Below, in pieces: positions 41,801 to 52,600 of a stretch of DNA of 59,529 nucleotides. The first letter of the stretch is position 1; every line of letters begins with the position of its first letter. Position numbers and translations under genes: made by a program. Below the pieces are notes generated by a model, which had not been told where the DNA came from, did not search any database, and was given only the letters and a program-made list of their open reading frames with translations. Source of the stretch: Nitrospirota bacterium (GTDB lineage Bacteria; Nitrospirota; Nitrospiria; Nitrospirales; Nitrospiraceae); assembly GCA_039932735.1 (NCBI GenBank), contig JBDTPK010000001.1, positions 1 through 59,529 of the forward strand, written 5' to 3'.

Positions 41801-43690
41801 CGGCTCGTGGGCTATGTGACAACCGACGCGGGTACCGCAATTGAGAATGGGAGGTTGCAGCAGGGGCTGGCGCGCCGGTTGCCTGAGTACATGGTGCCGG
41901 CCGCGATCGTGCTGTTGGAGGAGCTGCCGTTGAGTCCGAACGGCAAGGTGGACCGCAAGGCGTTGCCGGCGCCGGACGCCGAGCGCCAGCGGACGACGGC
42001 CTATGAGGCGCCGCAGACGGAGCCGGAGCAGACCTTGGCGGCGATCTGGGCCCAGGTGCTCGGGCTCCCCCGAATCGGCCGCTACGACAACTTCTTTGAA
42101 CTCGGCGGCGATTCGATTCTCGCGCTGCAAGTGATCTCTCAAGCGAAACAGGAGGGTTTCTCACTCACGCCACGGCACCTGTTCCAGCACCAGACCATTG
42201 CGGAACTCTGCACGGCAGAAGATATCGAGAAGCACGTCGCCAGGCAAATTCATGCGGAGCAGGGGATTGTCACGGGAGCATTGACCGTCACTCCTGTGCA
42301 ACAGTGGTTTTTCGAACAAGACCTGCCGAATCCGCACCATTGGAATCAATCCATTCTGGTTACGGTGCAGAATTCTCTCGACCAATCAGCCTTGGAATGT
42401 GCGGTGGACCATGTTCTTGCGCATCACGATATCCTGCGAGCGCGCTTTTCCAAAAGAGCTGCCTGGAGCCAGAGGATCGACACGCCGCAAAACGGCACAA
42501 CGATTCCTCGCATAGATCTCTCCCAGTTGCCGGAAGGTCGGCAAGCGGAGGCTCTGGCATCCAGCGCGAGCGAATATCAGCGGAACCTTCATCTGGAGCA
42601 AGGTCCTATTTTTCAAGTCGTGAGGTTCGATTTCGGAGAAACTCGTCCGGCCAGACTGTTGCTGATCGCGCATCATCTGGTCATCGACGGCGTGTCATGG
42701 CGAATTATTTTAGAAGATCTTCAGACGGCCTATGTGCAACAGCAGGAAGGATGGTCCATCCGCCTCCCGGGAAAGACCAGTTCGTACAAGCAATGGGCAG
42801 AACGAATGCAGACCTTCGCTCAGTCAGACACGCTCCGGCATGAACTCGAATATTGGGATCATCCTGGAAGACGGGTGTCTTCACCGGTTCCAGTTGACCA
42901 TCCTGAGGGCGACCGGATGGAGCAGACGGTAGAGGCGATCGCATGCTCGCTCACTGAAGATGAGACGGAAGCCTTATTGCGGAATGCCCCCGCTGCCTAT
43001 CAGACACAGATCAACGACCTCCTGCTGACGGCGCTGGTCCAGACCTTCACGGGCTGGACGGGCAGTGACCGGCTGCTTATCGACCTTGAAGGACATGGGC
43101 GCGAAGATCTTTTTCCAGATCTGGATCTGTCCCGAACCGTCGGATGGTTTACGAGTATCTATCCGGTTGCCCTCACGCTCCCGCAAGGATCCCTAGGGAA
43201 TGTGTTAAAGAGCATTAAGGAACAGCTGCGAAAAATTCCCTCTGGCGGAGTCGGGTATGGGGCTCTCCGATATCTGGAATCCTCCGCCGGCGCGGACCGG
43301 TTGCGAACTCAATTGCCGGCACAGGTCTGCTTCAACTATCTGGGCCAACTCGACCAAGGTGTCGTCGATCGTCGCCTCTTCGCGCTCGCGCACGAATCGA
43401 CCGGAAGCGAACATGCTCCGGATAATCCAATGCGGTACGAATTGACGATCAGCGCGGAGATTGCGGAGGGGAAACTGGGCATGACGTGGAGCTACAGCGG
43501 CGCGCGCTATCGACGGACGACCATTGAGAGGCTCAGTGCGTCCTATCAGTCACATCTGCGGATATTGATTGCCCATTGTCTCTCGATCGACGCCGGAGGC
43601 TATACGCCGTCTGATTTTCCGGATGTTGATATCGAACAGGACGCCCTCGACGCAATTCTAGAGAAAGTGGAACGGAGCCATGCGCAATAG
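35825..43690 (+). CDS. NRPS 2: C(DCL-type, HHxxxDE)-A-T-C(LCL)-A-T-E
   Basis: C1 YQLSPMQEGMLFH...FHHILLDEWC; A1 code DIWELTADDK; T1 FFELGGHSLL; C2 HHVIADGWS; A2 identical to NRPS 1 A2; T2 FFELGGDSIL; E domain (TPVQQWFFE...HHLVIDGVSWRI). Confidence 0.95.
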   Translation: MIDALKADSTKDGAAKHIEAIYQLSPMQEGMLFHTLMNPGTGIYLMQNRYYVEGDVDAAVFRLAWEQVIARHSILRTSFVWKSQKRPLQAVHKQVEVPLDVMDWRGTDRVEQITRLDALLQSELETGFDFAKAPLMRLRLIRLTDHTYQFAHSFHHILLDEWCISPLLMDFLAHYEACAQGRDCQADKPRPYRDYIAWLQKQDLETAQTFWRDYLRDFPTPTPLAYDRLPEGLADQNEDAADHCVHLNADTTAALVSLAQRHRLTPNTFVQGAWAILLSYYSGDQDILFGVTVAGRPPGLLGVESVLGLFINTLPLRVRVSPDRHFLPWLTDLMAENIRLREFEYTPLVQIQRCSEVPRGEALFHSLFVFENAPVDPALFEGRIMFRAEEEQYRVHTNYPMTVMGWPGKELGLKLSYDRQLFDSETVVRMIGHLKRLLEAMVQQPDARIGELPLLGQDERAQLLSTWVETATQEPDDRSFNVRFEEQVRRAPHSSAVSCRGEALSYCELNRRANRLAHALVSTGVGPESIVGLLDERSPALLAMIVGVFKAGGAYLPLDPHHPTSRLVRVLELSRVAVLVTSAGLFERMTLALASMPPESRPRLLSLDTVLAEPGLEYDLPTRARPEHLAYVIYTSGSTGVPKGAMVTQGGMLNNMSSKLSSLPISSTDVIAQTASQCFDISVWQFLTALLSGARTHIVPDEIVRDPAKLLPHLEEAGISVFETVPALLQALLESGRAMASPPALSRLRWVLPTGEALPPALCRQWFVQYPQIPLMNAYGPAECADDVAVYPILTAPPEDLPRVPIGRAIPNIRLYIVNTCLSPVPVAVPGELCIGGIGVGRGYLHDPARTAESFVPDPFWKEQGARLYRTGDLARYRRDGTIEYLGRLDHQVKIRGFRIELGEIETHLNRHQSVREAVVVVREDRSGDRRLVAYIVNRETEPADAAALRQFLEAQLPEYMVPALFVQLDTLPRTVNGKVDRRALPAPGADDHLAQRYVAPRTTTEELLAGMWVNILAVDRVGVHDHFFELGGHSLLATQIVSRIRSAFHIELPLRTLFDAPTVSELAEAVDEMRAKGVGAQPPSIVPVPKEGPLPLSFAQQRLWFLTQLEPDSWFYNLAFGIRVAGPLDVAALQASFDAVARRHDMLRTIFTANDGRPSQMIDESLPTPFVCISTTPSVDGDMEQEVQRLAAEEARHAFKIEGGLLWRARLFQLNVQDHVLMVTLHHVIADGWSLNLLLADMISSYVALQAGQPSPLPSPRLQYVDYAQWQRGWLAGEVLERQLDYWKQALSGAPAVLALQTDHPRPSVQTFHGARQSITISPTLTAGLHTVGRRQEATLFMTLLAAFQVLLHRYSGETDLSIGTPIANRTSLETEDLIGFFVNTLVLRTDLVGNPRFIDLLDRVREVVLGAQSHQDLPFEHIVDALRPTRDLSHSPLFQVMFALQTLAPQTLDLPDLKLEMLEIDPGSAKFDLSLEMTLEPDGLTGFFEYNTDLFEAVTIVRMAGHFQTLLEAIVVQPEQRLSALPLMGAAERAMVVAGWNATAQAYPTDRTVPELIAAQAARTPAAIAVRDGAGTLTYGALLARANQVAQTLRAQGVGPETLVGIAMARSLDLVVGLLGILQAGASYVPLDPTYPTDRLAFMLADSQVAALLTHEALIAPLGFAGYTLCLDRDRTTIARQPITAPPGRFTASQLAYTIYTSGSTGQPKGASNTHGGLRNRLQWMQEAYPLNAADRVLQKTPISFDVSVWEFFWPLSAGAELILAAPEEHKDPAALIARIVSAGVTTLHFVPPMLQAFLDSPGVARCTSLRQIICSGEALPASLPPRVAAQWPTVRLHNLYGPTEAAIDVTAWTCPQTPEISTVPIGRPIANTQIYVLDPQGQPVPVGVPGELYIGGVGVARGYHRRPALTAERFVPDPFSASAGQRLYRTGDLVRFRADGVLDYLGRLDHQVKIRGFRIELGEIEQTLRQQPGVREAVVVARAETSGTTRLVGYVTTDAGTAIENGRLQQGLARRLPEYMVPAAIVLLEELPLSPNGKVDRKALPAPDAERQRTTAYEAPQTEPEQTLAAIWAQVLGLPRIGRYDNFFELGGDSILALQVISQAKQEGFSLTPRHLFQHQTIAELCTAEDIEKHVARQIHAEQGIVTGALTVTPVQQWFFEQDLPNPHHWNQSILVTVQNSLDQSALECAVDHVLAHHDILRARFSKRAAWSQRIDTPQNGTTIPRIDLSQLPEGRQAEALASSASEYQRNLHLEQGPIFQVVRFDFGETRPARLLLIAHHLVIDGVSWRIILEDLQTAYVQQQEGWSIRLPGKTSSYKQWAERMQTFAQSDTLRHELEYWDHPGRRVSSPVPVDHPEGDRMEQTVEAIACSLTEDETEALLRNAPAAYQTQINDLLLTALVQTFTGWTGSDRLLIDLEGHGREDLFPDLDLSRTVGWFTSIYPVALTLPQGSLGNVLKSIKEQLRKIPSGGVGYGALRYLESSAGADRLRTQLPAQVCFNYLGQLDQGVVDRRLFALAHESTGSEHAPDNPMRYELTISAEIAEGKLGMTWSYSGARYRRTTIERLSASYQSHLRILIAHCLSIDAGGYTPSDFPDVDIEQDALDAILEKVERSHAQ
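40390..42117 (+). repeat. Copy 2 of the 1,728-bp perfect direct repeat
   Basis: See copy 1 (33862..35589). Confidence 0.9.
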
Positions 43691-46600
43691 ACCGAACATC
43701 GAGTCGATGTATTACCTGTCCCCACTTCAGCAGGGATTGTTGTTCCATCGTATCGCGGATGCCGAGGAAGACCCGTATTTTTATCAGCATGTTTACTCGC
43801 TGAAGGGTGCCTTGCGTCCGGATGCCTTCGAAAGGGCCTGGCAGCTCGTCGTGGAGCGCCATCCCATTCTTCGTACTGCCTTCATCTGGGAAGGAGTGGA
43901 CAGGCCGATGCAGGTCGTGCGTCGTCAGGCGTCCCTGTCGATTGAACGATACGATTGGCGTGAGGCGCTGGCAGTGGAGCACCGCCAAATGCTCCACTCG
44001 CTGCTGGATCGGGACCGTTCGGCTGGCTGGGATTTTCTCGTGCCTCCCCTGATGCGGCTGCATCTGATCCGTACGACGGAGGAGGAATGGCTCTTCATCA
44101 ACAGTCACCATCATATCCTGCTGGACGGATGGAGCATGGCGCTGGTGCTCAAAGATATGATGGCTGCCTATGATGCGACCGTGCAGGGTCGAGATCACGC
44201 GCTCCCGATACCGCGGCCCTATCGAGACTATATTGGCTGGCTGAACCGACAGGATGTGCAGCAGGCTGAGTCCTATTGGCGTGAAGCCTTGAAGGGATTT
44301 TCGACGCCGACGGCACTGTCCATCGAGCCGCCTCAGGATCGAGGAGCAAAGGATTCGCTTCCTTTCGCCGAGCAGTCCCTGCGGATCTCATCCGAGCGGA
44401 CGTCCACCCTCCAGTCTTTTTCGAGGCAATTGCGGATCACGATGAATACGATGATCCAAGGTGCCTGGGCGTTGTTGCTCCATCGATACAGCGGAGAGTC
44501 CGACGTATTGTTCGGGGCAACGGTATCGGGTCGACCGGCTGATCTGTCCGGAGTCGCGGATATGGTCGGGCTGTTCATAAACACGGTACCGATTCGAGTG
44601 GCGGTCCATTCCGACATGCCTCTCTCCTCATGGCTTCGAGGTATACAAGAACAGAATAGTCTCCTCCGCCAGTACGAGTGGACCCCGCTCGCGAGCATTC
44701 AACGGTGGGGTGATAATCCAGGAGGCCGCGCGCTGTTCGACAGTCTGGTGGTCTTCGAAAGTTATCCTGAAGTGGAAGCCGACGGTTTGCCGCAGGCACT
44801 GACGGTCGAACCCGTTTTTCTCCACAAGAATGAGCCCTACACACGGACGACCGGCCGCAATAACTATCCCATGTCGCTGATGGTCGAACCGGGCAGGGAG
44901 ACGAAGCTGATCGTCTCCTATATGCATCGTCGCTTCGCGCATGCCGCAGTGTCCAGGCTCTTACGCCATTTCGACACCCTACTCGAGAACATGAGAGCCG
45001 CACCCGAGAGACCACTTCGGGAGATTTCTCTCCTCCCTGAAGCAGAGCGCCGGCAATTGATGGCATGGAATCGATCCGCTTCGCCGTCGCCTGCATCCGA
45101 TGTCTGCATGCATGCGTTGATCGAGACACAGGTTCAGGAACGGCCCGATGCCACTGCGGTGGTGACCGAAACCGACCGGCTGAGTTATCGGGAATTGGAC
45201 CGTCGCGCCAATCGCCTCGCACATTATCTTCAAGAACGGGGCGTGGGGCCGGAGAAACGAGTGGCGATCTGCTTCGAACGGTCGCTGGATCTGGTGATTG
45301 CGCTGCTGGCGGTGCTCAAGGCCGGGGGAGCCTATGTTCCGCTGGATCCAGGTTTCCCCAAAGAACGTCTCGCGCACATGGTGACTGACAGCGGTGCGGT
45401 GATCGTGCTCAGCAACAGTAGTCAGGCAGAGGGCGTTTCCGGGTTTAAGGCCAGCCTCGTGCTGCTCGATCGACAGGCACGAGAGATTGCACAACGGGAT
45501 GACCATCGCCCAACGACTGAGGTCACGCCGCAGAATCTGGCCTATATCATTTATACGTCCGGCTCGACCGGCCAGCCCAAAGGCGTCGCGGTGGAGCATC
45601 GGCAGATTGTGCAGTATGTGCGCACGGTGTTGGATCGTCTGACGCTTCCGGCCGAAGCCAGCATTGCTGCCGTCTCGACGGTGGCGGCAGATCTTGGCAA
45701 TACCGCGCTGTTCGGTGCGCTTTGCTCGGGGCGCCCTCTTCATCTACTTTCGGCGGACCATGGATTTGATCCCAATGCGATGGCGGCCTATATGCACGAT
45801 CATGCGGTTGATGTGCTGAAGATCGTGCCCAGTCATTTGAACGGTCTGCTCAGCGCCGAATATCCCGAACGGGTCTTGCCGAGGCGCTGTCTCATTTTGG
45901 GTGGAGAAGCCGTCCGTCAAGACTTGATCCAACGGGTCAGAGCCCTAGCGCCGGCCTGTGCCATCGTCAATCACTACGGTCCCACTGAAACGACGGTCGG
46001 TGTGTTGACGCACAGGGTAGAAGAAGGCGTGGGTGGTGGCGGCACAGGAGTGCCCATCGGCCGGCCGTTGCCGTTCACGCAAGTCTATGTGCTGGATCCT
46101 GGCGGACGGCAGGTTCCGATCGGCATGCTCGGTGAATTGTATATTGGTGGAGGACATGTCACCCGCGGCTATCTTGGACACCCCGACCTCACTGCCGAGC
46201 GGTTTCTTCCCGATGTCTTCGGCGGAGAGACTGGGAGTCGCCTCTATCGGACAGGCGATCGGGTGCGCGTGCGCGCCGACGGCGCGATCGAATTCATCGG
46301 ACGTGTCGACAACCAGGTCAAGGTCCGTGGTTTCCGCATCGAGCTCGGCGAGATCGACTCCCATCTTCGACATGAACCGTCCATTGCAGAAGCCGTGACT
46401 GTGGTTCATGAAACACAGGACGGCGTGCAGCAACTGGTGAGCTATCTCGTAGGAGCTTCGCCTATTGACACGTCCGCGATACGAACCAGGCTTGCGCGCC
46501 GGCTTCCCGACTATATGGTGCCGCAGGCGATCGTCGTGCTTGACGCATTCCCGTTGACCGCCAACGGCAAACTGGACCGGACGGCGTTCCCTGATCCGCA

Positions 46601-49600
46601 ACAACAGCACAGATCCGTTGGCGAAGCGTCATACGTTGCCCCGCGCAATCCCATTGAAGCGGTTCTGGCCGCCGTCTGGACGGACGTGCTCCGTATCGAA
46701 CGAGTCGGAGTTCACGACAACTTCTTTGCGCTGGGCGGAGACTCGATTCGAACGTTGCAAGTGATCGCGCGCGCTAATCAGCAGGGTGTGAAACTGACTC
46801 CTAAACAATTGTTCGAGCATCAGACCGTTGCAACGGCCGCCGCCGTCGCGCACTGGAAAGACGCGGCGACTCCAGACATCAGCCCCGTACCGGACGCATC
46901 CCAGTCCGATAGGACACCTGTCCATGGTCGGGCTGCGGGCGAGAGCATCCAACCGATTCCGCCCCAACCTGCCGCTGAGAAGGCTCTTCCGGCATTTCCT
47001 TTGACGGGGATCGAACCGGAGCGATTGCTCGAATTGCGCGACGACTGGGATGGCATCGAAGATTGTTACCCGTTGTCGCCGATGCAGGAAGGGATGCTGT
47101 TTCACACGTTGATGAATCCAGGATCCGGCATGTATCTGATGCAGCAACACTATGTCTGGGAAGGGCGGATGGACCGGGACGCGTTTGGCCTGGCTTGGCA
47201 GCGCGTGATCGACCGGCATCCTATTCTGCGCACGTCGTTCATGTGGAAAGATCTCGATCGGCCGTTGCAACTCGTGCACCGTCGCGTGAATGCGCGGGAT
47301 GTGATCAAGGACGTGGATTGTTCGCATTTGGGCGAGGATGAGCAGCGGTCGCAGATGGTGAAGGCGCTGGAGCAGGAGTTGGCCGATGGCTTGGCATTCA
47401 CCCGGGCCCCGCTCATGAGGATCCGTCTCGTGCGACAGGGTGCCGGTCGGTGGACCATTGTGCGCAGCTTCCATCACATTCTCACCGATGACTGGTGTTT
47501 CTCCCTCCTGATGATGGACTTCATGACGCATTACGAAGCCTTCGTGGAAGGCCGGGATCTGAATGTCATCTCGCCGCCTCCCTATCGAGAGTACATTGCG
47601 TGGCTTCAGCGACAGGATCTTGGCGCTGCTCAGCAGTTCTGGAAAACGGAGTTGGCTGGATTCACCAACCCGACTCCGCTCGGCATTGACCATGTGGAGC
47701 GCACTACTCCTGTGACAGAGTCGTCCGTGGGGGATGTGTATATGGAATTGTCATCGGAGGTCTCTGGGCAGCTGAGGTTCCTGGCACAGACCTATCAACT
47801 GACTCCCAACACGTTTGTCCAAGGGGCGTGGACCCTCCTCTTGTCCAGATATAGCGGTGAAGAAGACGTGCTATTCGGAGTGACCGTCGCCGGACGCCCG
47901 CCCGACCTTCCGGGTGTCGAAGCGATCATGGGCTTGTTCATCAACACCCTGCCGCTTCGCGTGACGGTACCTCCCGAGGCTTCATTGATGGGCTGGCTCA
48001 AAGATCTACTGGCCGCGAATTATCGGATCCGCCAGTACGAGTATGCGCCGCTGGTTCAGATTCAACAATGGAGTGAGGTTCCTCCGGGGCAAGCGCTGTT
48101 CCAGAGTTTGCTGGTGTTTGAAAATGCCCCGAAGGACCCGCGGTTGGGCGAGGATCATCATGACCGCGTCGTGTCGTATGAACACGACCGTGTGCATACG
48201 AACTATCCGGTGACGGTGGTCGGCTATCCCGGAGACACGATGGGTGTTCGGCTCTCGTACGACCGGACACTCTTAGAGCATGGCGCGGTCGACCGCATGT
48301 TGGGGCACCTCAAGACATTGCTGGAAGGGATGGCGGCTGCTCCCGATGCCAAGCTCCATGAGCTTGAAATGGTCGGAGAAGCAGAACTGCGACGTGTCCT
48401 GACGGATTGGAACGATACCGATCGGGTGGAAGAGTGTGATGAACGGTTCCCGGCGTTGTTCGAAGCCCAAGTGTTGCGGACGCCTGAGGCGATTGCCGTA
48501 CAAAGCGGAAGCCATGCGTTCAGCTACGAGGCCCTCAATCGTGCCGGAAACCGAATTGCCCATGCCCTACGCGCTCTGGGTACGGGGCCCGACACGATCG
48601 TGGCAGTGCTCGATGAGCGCGGGCTCGCGCTCCTGTCGATGATCGTCGGCGTCCTGAAGGCGGGTGGCGCATACGTTCCATTGGATCTGCATCACCCCGT
48701 CGAGCGTCTCGCGCATGTGCTCGACGTCAGCCGGACACGGGTCATTGTGAGTCGGGACGTACATGCCGGGTTGCTGGCTGAGGTGATTGCGCTTCTGCCG
48801 GAGGAACGGCAGCCGAAAATCCTTTCAGTGGAACGGATGGCCATGGAGGACTGGCCTGAGGAGAATCCCTGTCCGATCAACGCGCGGAGCCATCTAGCGT
48901 ATGTCATCTATACCTCGGGATCGACCGGTCTCCCGAAGGGCGCCATGGTCGATTGCAAGGGAATGCTGAATCATCTCACCAGCAAGATACCGACGTTGCG
49001 CCTCGGCGCTGAGGATGTGGTGGCGCAGACGGCGTCACAATGTTTCGATATTTCTGTGTGGCAGTTTCTCAGCCCTATTTTGTGCGGCGCTCGAGTTCAG
49101 ATCGTTACCGACGACGTGGTTCGTGATCCTCAACGGCTTCTGCAGGAAGTTGCTAACCGGAATGTGACGGTGTTGGAGGTCGTGCCATCCCTCCTGTCCA
49201 GCATGCTGGACTGTTCACCGCTGTCGTTGCCACACCTACGCTGGCTGCTTCCGACGGGAGAGGCTCTGTCTCCCGAATTGTGCCGCCGGTGGTTTACCCG
49301 ATATCCGAACATCCCGCTTGTCAATGCCTATGGCCCGGCGGAATGTTCCGACGATGTGGCTATCGCGTGCATTGAGCATATGCCGGATGAACATGTGACT
49401 CGGATGCCGATCGGGAGGCCGATCGATCGGGTGCGTTTGTACATCGTCGATCGCCATCTCGAACCTGTGCCGGCAGGTGTCGTCGGCGAACTCTGTGTGG
49501 GCGGCGCGGCCGTGGGGCGCGGGTATATGCATGACCCCGCGCGCACCGCCGAAGCATTCGTGCCGGACCCCTTTTGTATGGAGGGCAGCGGACGTCTCTA

Positions 49601-52600
49601 TCGAACAGGCGATCTTGCGCGTCATCGATCCGACGGGATGATTGAATTCGTCGGCCGCCGCGACTATCAGGTAAAGATCCGCGGCTTCCGTATTGAATTG
49701 AGTGAGATCGAAGCGCGGTTATCGCAGCATCCGGACATCGCTAGAAGTGTCGTGCTCGTTAGAGAAGACCAGCCGGGACGCAGACAATTGGTCGCTTATG
49801 CCGTGACGACTCAGGCTCTAACCGGTGAAGCGATTCGAATGTTTGTCAAACAGGTGCTGCCGGACTATATGGTTCCCGCCGCCGTCGTGTTTCTCGCCGC
49901 TCTGCCGTTGACCCCCAACGGAAAAATCGATCGGAAGGCTCTGCCTGTGCCGGAGGATGATCGAACCGAAGAGAGAGTAGAGGCGCCAAGCACGCCGACA
50001 CAGGATCTCGTCGCAGGGATTTGGTCCGAAATTCTGGGGACGGAACGCGTCGGGCGGCACGATCAGTTTTTCGACCTCGGCGGCCATTCCTTGTTGGCGA
50101 CTCAAGTCATTTCGCGCGTGCGTGCGGCCTTTCAGATCGAGCTTCCACTGCGGAGTCTGTTCGACTTTCCCACGGTGGAAGGGTTTGCTGCCGCCATCAA
50201 TCGTGCCGCTGCGCAGGATATAGGGGCGTCGGCTCCTCCGATCGTGCCGGTTGCGCGCACGGAACGTCTCCCGCTCTCGTTCGCACAACAGAGGCTGTGG
50301 TTCCTCGCTCAAATGGATCCGGCAAGCGGAGCCTACAATCTTCCATTTGCATTGAAGTTACAGGGCGCATTGAACTGCGCGGCGTTGGAGAAGAGTTTCA
50401 GCGAACTCGTCCGTCGTCACGAAACGTTGCGGACCACGTTTCCCTCGCTCGATGGTGAGCCCAGTCAGGTCATTGTGAGTCCGGAACGTTTTGCCTTCGT
50501 GACAGAAGACCTGACGGGCCTTCCCGACGAGGATCGTGAAGCGTCCGTCATGCGCTGTGCGGAGGAAGAAGCGCATCGCCCGTTCGCATTGGAGCGCGAC
50601 CTGCCGATTCGTGCCCGGCTGTTGAAGGTACAAGATGACGAGCACATCCTACTGGTCACGGTCCATCACATTGCGGCGGATGCATGGTCGCTCGCGGTCG
50701 TGACGAACGAAGTGGCAGCAGTCTATAGGGCCCTCGCGGGCGCATCGACCCAGCCGGACGACGGCGTCTCGACGGCGCTGGAGCGCATCCTTCCAGAATT
50801 GCCCGTTCAGTATATCGATTTTTCGTTCTGGCAACGGGAGTGGCTCCAAGGAGCGGTGTTAGAGCAGGAAGTCGGGTATTGGAAACAGCGCCTGGGGTCC
50901 AATCCTCCTCAGCTCGCGCTACGGACTGACCGTCCTCGCCCGGAGATCAACACATATCGCGGCGGTCGCCACGCGTTTCTCGTTCCGAAAGAGGTGGCCG
51001 ACGCGTTGCGGACCTTGAGCCGCCGGCAGGGTGCGACGGTGTTCATGACGCTCCTGTCGGCATTCAATGTGCTGCTGTCCCGCGCGACCGGCCAGACCGA
51101 CATTCTTGTGGGAACGGACGTCGCGAATCGAAATCGCCATGAAACCGAACACCTGATCGGATTCTTCGTCAATCTCCTCCCGCTGCGCACGGACGTGAGC
51201 GGAAATCCCTCATTTATCGAAGTGTTGAAGCGGGTGCGAGAAGTGGCGCTTGGGGCCTATGCTCATCAGGATTTGCCGTTCGAAAAGATCGTCGAGGCGT
51301 TGAAACTGTCGCGGGATCTCAGTCGAAACCCATTGGTTCAAGTGCTGTTCGTCTTGCAGAACGTTCCGCCGCCTTCGTTGCAGCTTCCTGATTTGAACGT
51401 GGAATCATTGGAGTTCGAACACGAAGTCTCGCGGTTCGACCTTGGACTGTTCATGGAAGAAACTGAAGATGGATTGTCTGGTCTATGGAAGTTCAGTCGC
51501 GATCTCTTCGAGCCGGAGACCATCGCCGGTATGGCACGAAATTTCGTCACTCTGCTCGGAAAGATCGTTGCGGCGCCGGAGCGTGGGATAGACCAGTTGG
51601 ATATGCTGAGCGTGGAGGAAAAGGAGGCGCGTGTCATGGAAACGAAACAACGGGAAGAAGGAAAGCTCCAACGGTTCAAGAGCATCAAACCGAAGACGGT
51701 CGCATTGTCACAACGGACGTTGGTGACGAGCCGACTGCTGTCTTCCGACCGATCGCTTCCCTTGATGTTCATGCCCGCGGTGGACGATGTGGACCTGATC
51801 GATTGGGCCAAGGAGAACCGATCGCCCCTTCAGCGCGATCTCTTGAAGCACGGGGCGCTCCTTTTCAGGGGGTTTGCGGCACGAACGGTCTCGGATTTCG
51901 AAGCGGTCGCGCAAGCAGTCTGTCCGGAGTTGTTCGGTGAATACGGAGATCTGCCGCGAGAGAAAAGCGGCCGTCATGTCTATGGATCCACTCCCTATCC
52001 CCCCGACAAGGCCATTCTCTTTCATAATGAAAGCTCACACATGCATCGCTGGCCGCAAAAACAATTCTTTTTTTGCGTGGAAGCGGCCCAGGAGGGTGGC
52101 GAGACGCCGATTGTCGATTGTCGAGCGATGTACCAAGCCCTTCGTCCGAACATCCGCGAGGCTCTTCAGTCGAAACAGCTGATGTACGTGCGAAACTTCA
52201 CTCCCGGCGTCGATGTCAGTTGGCAGGATTTCTTTCGAACCTCCGATAGGGCTGTCGTCGAGGAGATGTGCGCTCAGAATGGAATGGAATGCATATGGGT
52301 GGAAAAAGATTCGTTGCGTACCCGGCAGTTCTGCCCGGCCGTGATCGAACATCCGACGACGGGCGAGTGGGTGTTCTTCAATCAGATTCAACTGCATCAC
52401 GTATCCTGTCTGGAACCGGCTGTCCGGGAGTCTCTGTTGTCGATGCTCGGGATGGAGTCGATTCCGCGCAACGTCTATTTCGGTGACGGCTCCCCCATCG
52501 ACGACGCGATCGTCGCGGAGATCGGCGAATTGTATGAACGAACTGCCGTGCGATTCCACTGGCAAAATGGAGACCTTCTGATGTTGGACAACATGCTGGT

